Below, piece after piece: positions 1 to 8,528 of a DNA stretch of 64,000 nucleotides. The notes beneath the pieces are model-generated. The model was given only the letters and a program-made list of their open reading frames with translations. It was not told where the DNA came from and did no database searches. The stretch lies in contig JBEKEA010000003.1 in NCBI GenBank assembly GCA_050014075.1, forward strand, positions 22,638 through 86,637. The letters are read 5' to 3'. Origin of the DNA: Sedimentisphaerales bacterium. GTDB taxonomy: Bacteria > Planctomycetota > Phycisphaerae > Sedimentisphaerales > UBA12454. Position 1 is the first letter of the stretch; every line of letters begins with the position of its first letter. A program made the position numbers and the translations under genes.

Positions 1-132
1 CAACTGATAAAACATTAAGGATTAAAACAAATGCTAAAATTTTTATTTTCATTTTACATTCCTTTTTATCATCTTATGATTGCGAAACCGTTTTCATTCA
101 ACGTTGGAAGTTCAGCGTTCAATGTTGGACGT

Positions 133-1266
133 TCAATTATTAATATGAAGTATCTTCGCTCCTTCGAACCCGTTGAATTTCGTCGATGACGCAACGCTGT
201 ATGCCCCGATATTTTCCGTATAAAGGTAATCGCCGAGTTTAAGGTTCGCCGGCAATTGTTCCGACAGCGATATCTTATCGAAACTATCGCACGTCGGTCC
301 GACAACCGCGCAAACTTCTATCGGCCCATCCCTGAACGGCTGAAAATTCGGTATCCAATGGTCGTAAACAATGCCCGAAAACGTATGATAAACTCCGTCG
401 TTTATATGATAGAATATTTTGCCGTTTCTGACCGCCTTGCCGATAATTTCCGACACCAGCACCGCCGTCGTCGCGACCATAAACCTGCCCGGCTCAGCTA
501 TAATTTCTATATCCGCCGGAAACAGCCTTTTAATTTCCGATTCAATTATCTCCGCAAGCTGCTCGAACCGCGGCACACCCGCATCATAAGACGCCGGAAA
601 TCCGCCGCCGATATCGACTATTTTCAGATTATAGCCGTTCTTTCTGGCCTCGTTAAAAATCTCAGATGTTATCTGCAGCGCGACCGCGTAATTATCGAAA
701 TTCGTGCATTGACTTCCCACATGAAAGCTCAAACCTTCAACCGCAAGTCCCGAATCGAACACCTTTTTTATCAGTCCCGCCGCATCGCCCGGCTCAGCCC
801 CGAATTTCGAACTCATCTCAACCTGCGACCCCGTATCCGGCACCTTCAATCGCAATACCAGCCCCGCCGTCTCGCAATTTTCCTTTATCTTGTCCACCTC
901 TTCGGCGTTATCATAAGTCACCAGAGGCTTGTATCTTTTTATTTTTTGTAAGGTTTGTTTATCTTTGATAGTGTTTGAAAAGATGATTTTATCCCAGATG
1001 AAAAAGTCTTTCTCGGCTTTTTTAAAGCTTTTTATCTGGTTATAAATCTGCATAAACTCGTTATAAGAAGCGACATCGAAACTCGCCCCTTCGTTGAACA
1101 GAGTTTTGATTATTTCCTGATTGGAGTTCGCCTTTACCGCGTAATAAGCCTGAACATTCGGCAAATTCTTCTTAAAAGTCTGAAAATTCTCCCGAATCTT
1201 GGCGTGGTCCAAAATAAACAGCGGCGTCCCATGCTCTTTTGCCAGTTTGATCAGTTCTTCCTTCAT
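133..1266 (-). CDS. PLP-dependent ornithine/lysine decarboxylase (Orn/DAP/Arg decarboxylase family 2, eukaryotic-type ODC-like)
   Basis: 377-aa ORF with YYAVKAN (PLP lysine), DIGGGFP, EPGRFMV and GPTCDSFD motifs typical of this family. Confidence 0.85.
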   Translation of the reverse strand: MKEELIKLAKEHGTPLFILDHAKIRENFQTFKKNLPNVQAYYAVKANSNQEIIKTLFNEGASFDVASYNEFMQIYNQIKSFKKAEKDFFIWDKIIFSNTIKDKQTLQKIKRYKPLVTYDNAEEVDKIKENCETAGLVLRLKVPDTGSQVEMSSKFGAEPGDAAGLIKKVFDSGLAVEGLSFHVGSQCTNFDNYAVALQITSEIFNEARKNGYNLKIVDIGGGFPASYDAGVPRFEQLAEIIESEIKRLFPADIEIIAEPGRFMVATTAVLVSEIIGKAVRNGKIFYHINDGVYHTFSGIVYDHWIPNFQPFRDGPIEVCAVVGPTCDSFDKISLSEQLPANLKLGDYLYTENIGAYSVASSTKFNGFEGAKILHINN

Positions 1267-1385
1267 CTATTTCATTCCCTTTTTCACTTTTCACTATTCA
1301 TTTTTCACTTTATAAGAATAATTGGGAATTGGCTTAAAATCAAGGTTTTATTTGGGAAAGCTTGAAATCCATTGGAACGTTTAAA

Positions 1386-1781
1386 CTATATTGTTTTTAA
1401 GAATTTATCCCATTTAAGGAAAACAAGGTTTTGATATTCACTAACATTTTTATACTTCACAATCTCTCGTTCATTATATTCAGATGCCGCCATCTTGAAT
1501 TCTTGCTTAATCTTTTCGAATGTAGCTTTGGTCGGTCTCACCTTTAGAATCTCATGAGCTATAAGATGCCTACTGTCAGGCGTTTTTTTATTCATAATAT
1601 TAAGAAGTTGAGCAAACGTAATAATTCCAATGGCATAATATTCATTCTTTGCACATTCTAATGCTTCTTCTACAGCGTAATACAAAAAAGGATATTTCTC
1701 TAATTTCTCTATAAGAAAAATGGAGATTTTAACAAAGAAGCAACATTTTTTGGTACCAATATTTATGTATAAATTTTGCAT
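1386..1781 (-). CDS. hypothetical protein (AT-rich cassette)
   Basis: 131-aa ORF in a visibly AT-rich block, co-directional with and 117 nt downstream of the 1899..2639 ORF. No recognisable motif. Confidence 0.5.
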   Translation of the reverse strand: MQNLYINIGTKKCCFFVKISIFLIEKLEKYPFLYYAVEEALECAKNEYYAIGIITFAQLLNIMNKKTPDSRHLIAHEILKVRPTKATFEKIKQEFKMAASEYNEREIVKYKNVSEYQNLVFLKWDKFLKTI

Positions 1782-1898
1782 ATAATCTTCATACTTGCAG
1801 TGAGCAAAGTCGAACTACCAATTTTATCCTGCCATTATACTAATATCAACACTCTGCCGAGATGCGGCCTTTCTTAGGATGTCCTAGGAAATTGTTTA

Positions 1899-2639
1899 TT
1901 AGATTTCACTGGTCATTGTAATAATTAACTTCCTGCCATTTGGAGGCTGCAACACAATACCACCTTTTCTAATAATTCTTAAATCGGCCAATTTTTCTGA
2001 GAACTCAATACAGTTCTTACTAGTCTCTTGACCTTTGAATAACGTTTTTAATGCTTTCTCTAAAATCCTATCTAGCAACTCTACCATTGTATTGAGATGT
2101 TCATTCACTGCTTCCTTAAGATCAACGGAGTTATGATTACCCCTGCCATTCATAGCATAGGTACAATTGAATTCATTTAAATCAAATCGTATTGGTACAT
2201 ATGCTTGGATCGAATTGTCTTCTTTGTTAAGGTAATTTGTGCTGTGAGAACTAAGCTTATGTCGAAGTGAACGTATCGATAGCTTATCAACTAATTCCTT
2301 TCCTTCTTTAAACGAAGGTGGAACATTTACGATCTGATATAGCTTGAGCAATGCTTCCTGTTGAATATAAGTTGCACTAAGAATACCATATAGCCGGAGA
2401 TATTTTTCGCCAACATCTTCATGTTTTGTGGGGCCATTAAGACCAAACTTTAAAAAATTATTAATCGCGGTACATGCATCTTCAACAATATCCATAGAAA
2501 CGCAAAGAAACGACCAATCTTCGTCTTTGCTAAGTCTCAATGTTTTGCGAATGCTATCTTTACTGGGCCAAATTTTAGAATTGATTAAGCCACGAAATGC
2601 ACTAATGTATTTCTCTACTAATTCGACTATATTATTCAT
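1899..2639 (-). CDS. hypothetical protein, possible HEPN-like domain
   Basis: 246-aa ORF. The segment YLRLYGILSATYIQQEALLKL ... IRSLRHKLSSH contains an R-x5-H motif, resembling HEPN (R-x4-6-H) families. Assignment is by eye only. Confidence 0.5.
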   Translation of the reverse strand: MNNIVELVEKYISAFRGLINSKIWPSKDSIRKTLRLSKDEDWSFLCVSMDIVEDACTAINNFLKFGLNGPTKHEDVGEKYLRLYGILSATYIQQEALLKLYQIVNVPPSFKEGKELVDKLSIRSLRHKLSSHSTNYLNKEDNSIQAYVPIRFDLNEFNCTYAMNGRGNHNSVDLKEAVNEHLNTMVELLDRILEKALKTLFKGQETSKNCIEFSEKLADLRIIRKGGIVLQPPNGRKLIITMTSEI

Positions 2640-2747
2640 AATCTATAATTAAATAACCTTACACAATAATCTACCACACTTTTTGCTTGAAAACATTTTA
2701 TCCGCCTGAGGCGGATAAACTTTACCGTCAACAAAACATCAACAAAA

Positions 2748-3272
2748 CTACTCTATTGTGCCTCTGCCGATAATAGTAAACAATAGACCAATTACGGGAT
2801 TAGTCAGCAGAGCCATTACTATGCCGATAACAATTTTTTCTTTAAGCTCCACTTTAAATAACTTTTCAGCCAGCCAACTGTTGAAAAGATACAGAAAAAA
2901 TCCTGCCGTTAAAAATAACATAAAAAAGCATATAAAATCTGCATGAAATAATACAATGAAAAATCCGGATGGAATAAACGTCAGTATATCGATAATAATT
3001 CCGCCCAAAAACACCATTATCAAATACGGCAGAAATCTCCAGCGTATCAATGCCCTGATTTTCTTTATTATCAGATATCCGATGCACAAGGCGGCACAAT
3101 CTGCTGCCAGGTCTATCACCAGACCGACCCCGGCATTATCATAAAACATTCCTATATGCGGCGGGCCTATTACAATCGGATTTGCATAACAATTCCCGGC
3201 TAACAATACAAACAGAACTGCTATCAAAAATATGTTTATCTTCATTTTACCCCTCATATTTATTTCCTTCAT
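2748..3272 (-). CDS. integral membrane protein with N-terminal signal/anchor
   Basis: 174-aa ORF with several long hydrophobic stretches (IFLIAVLFVLLAG, GGIIIDILTFIPSGFFIVLF, FFMLFLTAGFFLYLF). The true start may be an internal Met (MRGKMKIN). Confidence 0.6.
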   Translation of the reverse strand: MKEINMRGKMKINIFLIAVLFVLLAGNCYANPIVIGPPHIGMFYDNAGVGLVIDLAADCAALCIGYLIIKKIRALIRWRFLPYLIMVFLGGIIIDILTFIPSGFFIVLFHADFICFFMLFLTAGFFLYLFNSWLAEKLFKVELKEKIVIGIVMALLTNPVIGLLFTIIGRGTIE

Positions 3273-3390
3273 ATTTTTTTATCGTTCTGAATTCTGTGTT
3301 CTATTCTATCTCTTCTTTTTCCAAACACAACGGAAAAATATGCATATATAAATCTATATAATCTGTGTAATCTGCGATTAAAACGTAGTT

Positions 3391-3834
3391 TTAAGGCTCG
3401 CAGTGTGGGATACGTAAAAGAAGGATTACGACCAGGACTGTTTGGGCAAAACCTTCTGCTAAATCGCCGAAGGCAACCCAGAAAAAGCCGGTTCGATGGT
3501 CCGGCTGGACCGTAGAGAACAGGACAACTAATCCGGCCATAGCAACGATTAAAATTACAACGCTCATCAGCCAAATCAGGGGTCGGTATCGTTTTATATC
3601 GGAAGCGAAGACAAAACACTGCATCCCTACAAGGAAATACATCGCCATCAGCACTCGCGCCAAATAATTTATAAGAATTCCTGCCGATGTTCCCGGCTCA
3701 GCTTTATTGACAAGGTAGGCAAGCCATTCTTGGGGCATCACTGCCGCGATGAAAGTTGGTATTATTGTCATGATGCCGATAAAACGCAGCAGCCATTTTA
3801 AGCCTCTCTCTGCCGTCATAACATTATCCCACAC
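3391..3834 (-). CDS. integral membrane protein (about 4 TM)
   Basis: 147-aa ORF with hydrophobic helices (FIGIMTIIPTFIAAV, VLMAMYFLVGMQCFVF, LMSVVILIVAMAGLVVLF, FAQTVLVVILLL). Confidence 0.6.
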   Translation of the reverse strand: MWDNVMTAERGLKWLLRFIGIMTIIPTFIAAVMPQEWLAYLVNKAEPGTSAGILINYLARVLMAMYFLVGMQCFVFASDIKRYRPLIWLMSVVILIVAMAGLVVLFSTVQPDHRTGFFWVAFGDLAEGFAQTVLVVILLLRIPHCEP

Positions 3835-3970
3835 TTTTTCCTGCGCATTTTATTTTTAATTACTCTCCGCCTTCGGCGGTTCCACTAACTATCGACTAAC
3901 AACCAGCAACTATCAACCAATAATCTACTTTACCGGCAACAAAACATCAACAAAACTTACTTGCCCTGCC

Positions 3971-4035
3971 TGCCCTGTGAAGTGTCGCAACTACTTCACC
4001 GGGGTGAGATGACGCTTCATCTATCTCATCGGGGT
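3971..4035 (+). repeat. REP-like GC-rich extragenic repeat (copy 1)
   Basis: TGCCCTGTGAAGT...CTACTTCACCGGGGTGAGATG.CG...CTATCTCATCGGGGT. A second same-orientation copy lies at 22446..22532. Contains imperfect hairpin-forming halves. Confidence 0.7.
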
Positions 4036-4081
4036 CCACCGTTCGGCGGTTCCTCAAATCTTCAATCTGCAATCTTCAATC

Positions 4082-5287
4082 TCAGGACAGCTTCTTGATT
4101 AGCCCCTTGAGTTTTTCTATTTCTTTATTGTTCTCTAAATACGATTCCATAAGTTTTTTATGGAGTTCATCTGCTCTGTCATATAACCTTTTTAGTTTCT
4201 TGGGTTTAGCCGCTTGTATTGCGTAGGCTGCCATAATTGGAAATGCTACAGTTACATCTAAGTATGCGGTAACAGTTTCTTCAAGTTTAGTCGGGTCGAT
4301 TTTGCCCCAGCTTACCGCTTCGCTCGGCGATGCGCCGGAAAGTCCGCCGGTATCAGGTCTTGCGTCAGTTACATTGATATCGAAGTCCTGGCCGACTTCA
4401 GGAATCATAAGGACTTCCTGAATTTGCGGCTCGGTTTGCAGCACAAAGTTTTTCGGGCTTCCGCCTCCGATTAGGATAACGCCTGTTTTGCCTTTTTCGT
4501 ATCTTTTGGCGTTTAGAACGATTGCCGTTGAATCGTTTAAGTCCATACTCGGATTGATTTTAAGTTTGAATTTATCCAGCAGTCCAAATCCCTCAGCCAG
4601 AAGTTCCAGTCCTGCCACATTCATACCGATAGTCGAATCGCCCGGCGAAGACGTAAATACTGGTATGCCATTACGATACGCCGCTGCGAGGATGCTTACC
4701 TGGCCGGTTTTGTTTTTCTTCTCGTGTTCGTCAAGTACTTTGCCCAGATGATGATAGCATTCGCGCGTGCCCATTTCTTTTTGGAATTCAGGTCTGCAAA
4801 GAATTTCTCTAAGTTGTCTGTCTGTTTCCATTAAGACATCTTCGTAATCGAACAGAATATCGTAAATTCTCGTTACGCCTTTTGCTCGCAAATCCGCGTC
4901 ATCGACATTATGGGTGCCCCTAAACATCGGCAGGTTAAAGGCATAGTGAATATCGTGGTACATATTGGCGCCGGTTGCGACAATCCAATCGACGAATCCA
5001 TGATTCATTAGAGGAATAATCGTTGATGGTCCCAGTCCTGCGGGAGTTAATGCCCCTGCAAGGCTAAGTCCAACTGTTACATCAGGTTGAGAATATTTGT
5101 CGCGCAACAGATGACAGGCGGCTCTCAATCTTCCGCCGTTATAGGCATCCATATTATCGACAAGTTCGATAATGCTTGTGTCTTTGCTGATGGCTTTCGG
5201 CAGAACTCGTTTGCCGGACAGGTATTTAGCCTTTCCCGGACAATTTGGTTTATCGTATTTCATTTTTCCCTTTCTGTTCAAATACAT
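4082..5287 (-). CDS. deoxyhypusine synthase-like protein (bacterial DHS family, possible homospermidine-synthase-type enzyme)
   Basis: 401-aa ORF. IPVFTSSPGDSTIGM, ILIGGGSPKNF and SEAVSWGKI match the deoxyhypusine synthase signature, including the catalytic-Lys SWGKI motif. Confidence 0.85.
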   Translation of the reverse strand: MYLNRKGKMKYDKPNCPGKAKYLSGKRVLPKAISKDTSIIELVDNMDAYNGGRLRAACHLLRDKYSQPDVTVGLSLAGALTPAGLGPSTIIPLMNHGFVDWIVATGANMYHDIHYAFNLPMFRGTHNVDDADLRAKGVTRIYDILFDYEDVLMETDRQLREILCRPEFQKEMGTRECYHHLGKVLDEHEKKNKTGQVSILAAAYRNGIPVFTSSPGDSTIGMNVAGLELLAEGFGLLDKFKLKINPSMDLNDSTAIVLNAKRYEKGKTGVILIGGGSPKNFVLQTEPQIQEVLMIPEVGQDFDINVTDARPDTGGLSGASPSEAVSWGKIDPTKLEETVTAYLDVTVAFPIMAAYAIQAAKPKKLKRLYDRADELHKKLMESYLENNKEIEKLKGLIKKLS

Positions 5288-5429
5288 TGATTACTTTTGA
5301 ACGGATAATCATAATTTATAACACAGAAATTGGCAACAGTTTTTACATAAGCCTATTTTTGTCATCGTCTTGGGCAATAATTGTTTAGTTTGACATTTAA
5401 CGCTTCTTTGAGTATGGTTTCAACTTATT

Positions 5430-7016
5430 ATGCGAGAAGTGCAAACTGTAAAATCGGTCAAATCCAAAGTCGCTGCGTTTACTGTAATCGTCGCTGCTGT
5501 CGCGGCTGTATTATACATTCCTATTTTGTCGGCCGATTTCGTCTATGACGATATCTCGCAAATACTCACCGATAACTACATCCATACGCCGGCTCATTTT
5601 GCCGAAGTGCTGAGCCTGTCGGTAATGAAAAAGGATGTTCTCGATAACAACCGCCCTGCGATGGTGCTGTCGCTGATGTTCGATTCGCTATTGTGGGGGC
5701 GCAGCCCTTTCGGCTATCATTTGACTAACCTGCTGCTGCATTCGTTAAATTCGGCGTTTGTTTTTCTGCTGATTTACGGAGTTTTGAGCAGGCTGTTTGC
5801 GCAAAACAATAAAAATATCGGCCCGTTTTCGGCGGCATTTATCGGAGCGATTATATTCGCGATACATCCGGTAAACAGCGAAGCTGTTTGTGTCGTAACT
5901 TACAGAGAAGACCTGCTGGCGGCGTTTTTTGTGCTGCTTATGCTGATTTTTGCCGAATACTTCCCAACTCAACGAAAAGCAACAAATCTGCTGCTGGGCG
6001 GTTTGATTGCTATTTTGAGTTTTCTTGCAGCCGCGACCAAGGAAAACGGCGCCGTCGCGCCTGTGCTGCTGATTGTTTATTGGCTGCTGATCCGCAAAGC
6101 CGAGCAATGGCGCATCTGGGCGAAATTGATTTGTGCGAGTTTTACCGCCACTTTAGTCTTTATGATTGCACGTTTTACACTTGTTCCAGCCAAGTCAGCA
6201 ATCTTTTTTTTGAAGGCATCATATCTGGGCGGCTCATTTAGTCAGATGCTTACCATTCAGCCGCGAATATGGGCGTTTCAATTGCTTGAACTCTTGGGGC
6301 TTAATCTGCTGTGCGCTGACCAGACCGATTATTCGATACGGTTCATTACTTTATCTGCCGCATTGGTCATATTAGCCGCGATAATTGTCGCAGCCGGATT
6401 GATATCCCGTAAAAATACCGGCTTCGGCGCAGGTATTTTATTTTTCTGCCTTGCAATGCTGCCGACATCGAATCTTATTCCAATATTCAGGCCGCTAGCC
6501 GATAGATATCTATATCTTCCGATGGTCGGAGTTTGCCTGGCTTTGGGTGCGGGACTTTGCCGATTAAAGATGCCGGAAAAATTGTTACCCAAAGCATTAT
6601 GCGTAATTATTCCGGCGGCCGTATGTGTATTTTTAGGTTACTATACGGTTCAACGAGAGTTTGTGTGGCACAACAGTCTTTCTCTTTGGAATGATACAGT
6701 TAAGAAAAATCCTTTTTCTTTTATCGGCAATAATAATCTCGGTTTTGCTCTTTTCGATGTCGGCGAATATAAAAAAGCCATACCTGCTTTTACTAAAGCA
6801 TCTCAAATTGCTCCAAACGAAGCAGACGCAATCGCCGGTCTGGCGATTACTTATGATGCCCTGGGATTGACCGATTCTGCCGACCAGGCGTATCGCAAGG
6901 CAGTATCATTAGATAAGCATTATATCGGCTATGACAGTCTTATGCCGGCACTTATCTGGACGCCGCAGGATGCAAAGAAACTTCAGATAATAGCCGACAG
7001 AGTAGTTAAAAAATAA
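5430..7016 (+). CDS. GT-C/PMT-like polytopic membrane protein with C-terminal TPR repeats
   Basis: 528-aa ORF. The N-terminal FVYDD motif followed by more than 8 hydrophobic helices resembles TMTC/DUF1736-type protein mannosyltransferase-like proteins. The C-terminal ~120 aa are TPR-like (NNLGFALFDVGEYKKAIPAFTKASQIAPNEADAIAGLAITYDALG). Confidence 0.7.
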   Translation: MREVQTVKSVKSKVAAFTVIVAAVAAVLYIPILSADFVYDDISQILTDNYIHTPAHFAEVLSLSVMKKDVLDNNRPAMVLSLMFDSLLWGRSPFGYHLTNLLLHSLNSAFVFLLIYGVLSRLFAQNNKNIGPFSAAFIGAIIFAIHPVNSEAVCVVTYREDLLAAFFVLLMLIFAEYFPTQRKATNLLLGGLIAILSFLAAATKENGAVAPVLLIVYWLLIRKAEQWRIWAKLICASFTATLVFMIARFTLVPAKSAIFFLKASYLGGSFSQMLTIQPRIWAFQLLELLGLNLLCADQTDYSIRFITLSAALVILAAIIVAAGLISRKNTGFGAGILFFCLAMLPTSNLIPIFRPLADRYLYLPMVGVCLALGAGLCRLKMPEKLLPKALCVIIPAAVCVFLGYYTVQREFVWHNSLSLWNDTVKKNPFSFIGNNNLGFALFDVGEYKKAIPAFTKASQIAPNEADAIAGLAITYDALGLTDSADQAYRKAVSLDKHYIGYDSLMPALIWTPQDAKKLQIIADRVVKK

Positions 7017-7064
7017 AGCCCGCAGGATTATATCCTATTAGTCAAATCGGTAATTGAATTAAAA

Positions 7065-7368
7065 AATGAATATGAAAAATAAGGACTTATGGGCGAAAAA
7101 TTGGAAAATTAGAAAATTTTTTCGTTTATTTTTGGCGTAACCATCTTAAAATATAAGGAGTTAGGTCAAAAAACGACCTTAAATTTCGATGGGGCAAACA
7201 GGTAAAAATTAACGTAAGTCCTTTGTTTTCGAGAGGGTTTTTTATGTAAGTGTTTGCAGGGACAAGTTTTAGTAAAGATTTTGATTTTTTTTGAAAATTT
7301 TTGATTTTTTTGCCCTGATTTAGAATGATTTACCCCTGTTTTTATATGATTTTGGTGTTTTTTTGATC
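7065..7368 (-). repeat. ~305-bp intergenic repeat, copy A (inverted relative to copy B at 22620..22925)
   Basis: The reverse complement begins GATCAAAAAAACACCAAAATCATATAAAAACAGGGGTAAA... This is identical or near-identical to 22620 onward for the first ~165 nt and more diverged afterwards. The shared end is ...CCAATTTTTCG..C.TAAGTCCTTATTTTT. Confidence 0.85.
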
Positions 7369-7569
7369 GACTACAAAAATGTAGATTTTTTAGGCATCCG
7401 TCTTCGCCAAAAGGCTACCGAACGGACAAGTCAACGCGATAGGGAATCACGCCTGAGGCGGACAAGTTTTTTAAGCGGACAAGTCGCCGAAATAAGGAAA
7501 TTGCGTTTGGATTTTTTTGGGGTAGAATGGCGGAAAGATTTGAAGTCTTATAGAAAGTAGTGAAAAAAG

Positions 7570-8340
7570 ATGGCACAAAAGATTCACGATTTTTTCCTAT
7601 CCCCAAAAAACAAACTAACGGTAAAACAATTATTTCTTGTATTTACGGTAATACTTTACGCAATTTCAACATCTGCAGGAACAATTTCGACAACTGTGTT
7701 GCTAAGCGACAGCAATATACCTTTACTGTTAGTTGACCCTAATGCCCCTCATGTGTATCGAGATGTTATGGTCGGGACGAAGCTGAAGATCATTGTCAGT
7801 TCAGATACCAATAAATACTGGGGAGATGGTGATGGAAATGACGGTGGTAGTTTGGCCATTGAAGAAGCATACCAGCCTTATGGAGTCCTTTCAGCAAGAG
7901 GGCCTTTGATCGAAGGTGATGATTGGTCTGGCTCACATTTGCCTGCCGCAGGTAATGAGGCCGTTGTATGGGATTGGGAGGAATCTCTCGTTGATGGTTT
8001 TAATCTATATACAGACTCTCACAATATAGAGGCAGGAAACTGGTTTGTTATTGACTATAATGCCACAGGCATAGGAGACTGCAATGTTGGATTTTATGAT
8101 CATCGTATAAGCTGGGACGAACCTGTTTATTATCTTCATTTTTTTCATGTTCGCACACGTGACTTTAATAACGATACTATAGTCGACTTTCGTGACTTAA
8201 GAGTTCTCACTTCTCATTGGCTACAAACAAACTGTCAAGCACCAGACTGGTGTGAAGGGACGGATTTAAATAATGATGGGAAGGTTAATCTATTTGATTT
8301 AACGTTATTTTGTGAGTTTTGGCTCCAAAGAACCAGATAG
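7570..8340 (+). CDS. secreted protein with C-terminal dockerin-like (paired EF-hand-type) repeats
   Basis: 256-aa ORF with an N-terminal hydrophobic anchor/signal (LFLVFTVILYAISTSAG). Two Ca-binding-loop-like repeats, DFNNDTIVDFRDLRVLTSHW and DLNNDGKVNLFDLTLFCEFW. Confidence 0.65.
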   Translation: MAQKIHDFFLSPKNKLTVKQLFLVFTVILYAISTSAGTISTTVLLSDSNIPLLLVDPNAPHVYRDVMVGTKLKIIVSSDTNKYWGDGDGNDGGSLAIEEAYQPYGVLSARGPLIEGDDWSGSHLPAAGNEAVVWDWEESLVDGFNLYTDSHNIEAGNWFVIDYNATGIGDCNVGFYDHRISWDEPVYYLHFFHVRTRDFNNDTIVDFRDLRVLTSHWLQTNCQAPDWCEGTDLNNDGKVNLFDLTLFCEFWLQRTR

Positions 8341-8528
8341 TAATAGCTAATTTAAGTCCAAATTATATTTTTTCATTCCTTTTCCTCTCAAAATTTTTTC
8401 AAAAACACTGAAAATTATCTAATTGGAAGACGCCGTAAGAGTAAACAGCTGTATTCTGTTCCTATTTGATAAAATAGGTAAATGACAAATGATATAAATG
8501 TACTTATTTCTAAAGGGAGGAAGATTTT

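Noticed and set aside
95-136. Imperfect ~21-nt tandem repeat (TTCAACGTTGGAAGTTCAGCG / TTCAATGTTGGACGTTCAATT) just downstream of the decarboxylase stop codon
   Set aside because: There are only two diverged units at the window edge, with no clear hairpin or T-tract. The evidence is insufficient to call a terminator or a regulatory site.
256-951. Long plus-strand ORFs (256..951, 666..968) antisense to the decarboxylase gene. Similar shadow ORFs lie opposite uup (14925..15614, 15383..15775, 16050..16427), the TPR protein (5745..6107) and many glycan genes.
   Set aside because: They overlap strongly supported genes on the other strand. They have Arg/Ser/Pro-rich or low-complexity translations and no recognisable motifs. 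They are typical antisense shadow ORFs.
7363-7560. Small ORFs inside repeat-rich intergenic DNA (7363..7560, 7415..7606, 22504..22719, 23337..23759)
   Set aside because: They read through REP-like repeats and the 305-bp repeat, and they have biased composition and no RBS or motifs. Treated as non-coding.
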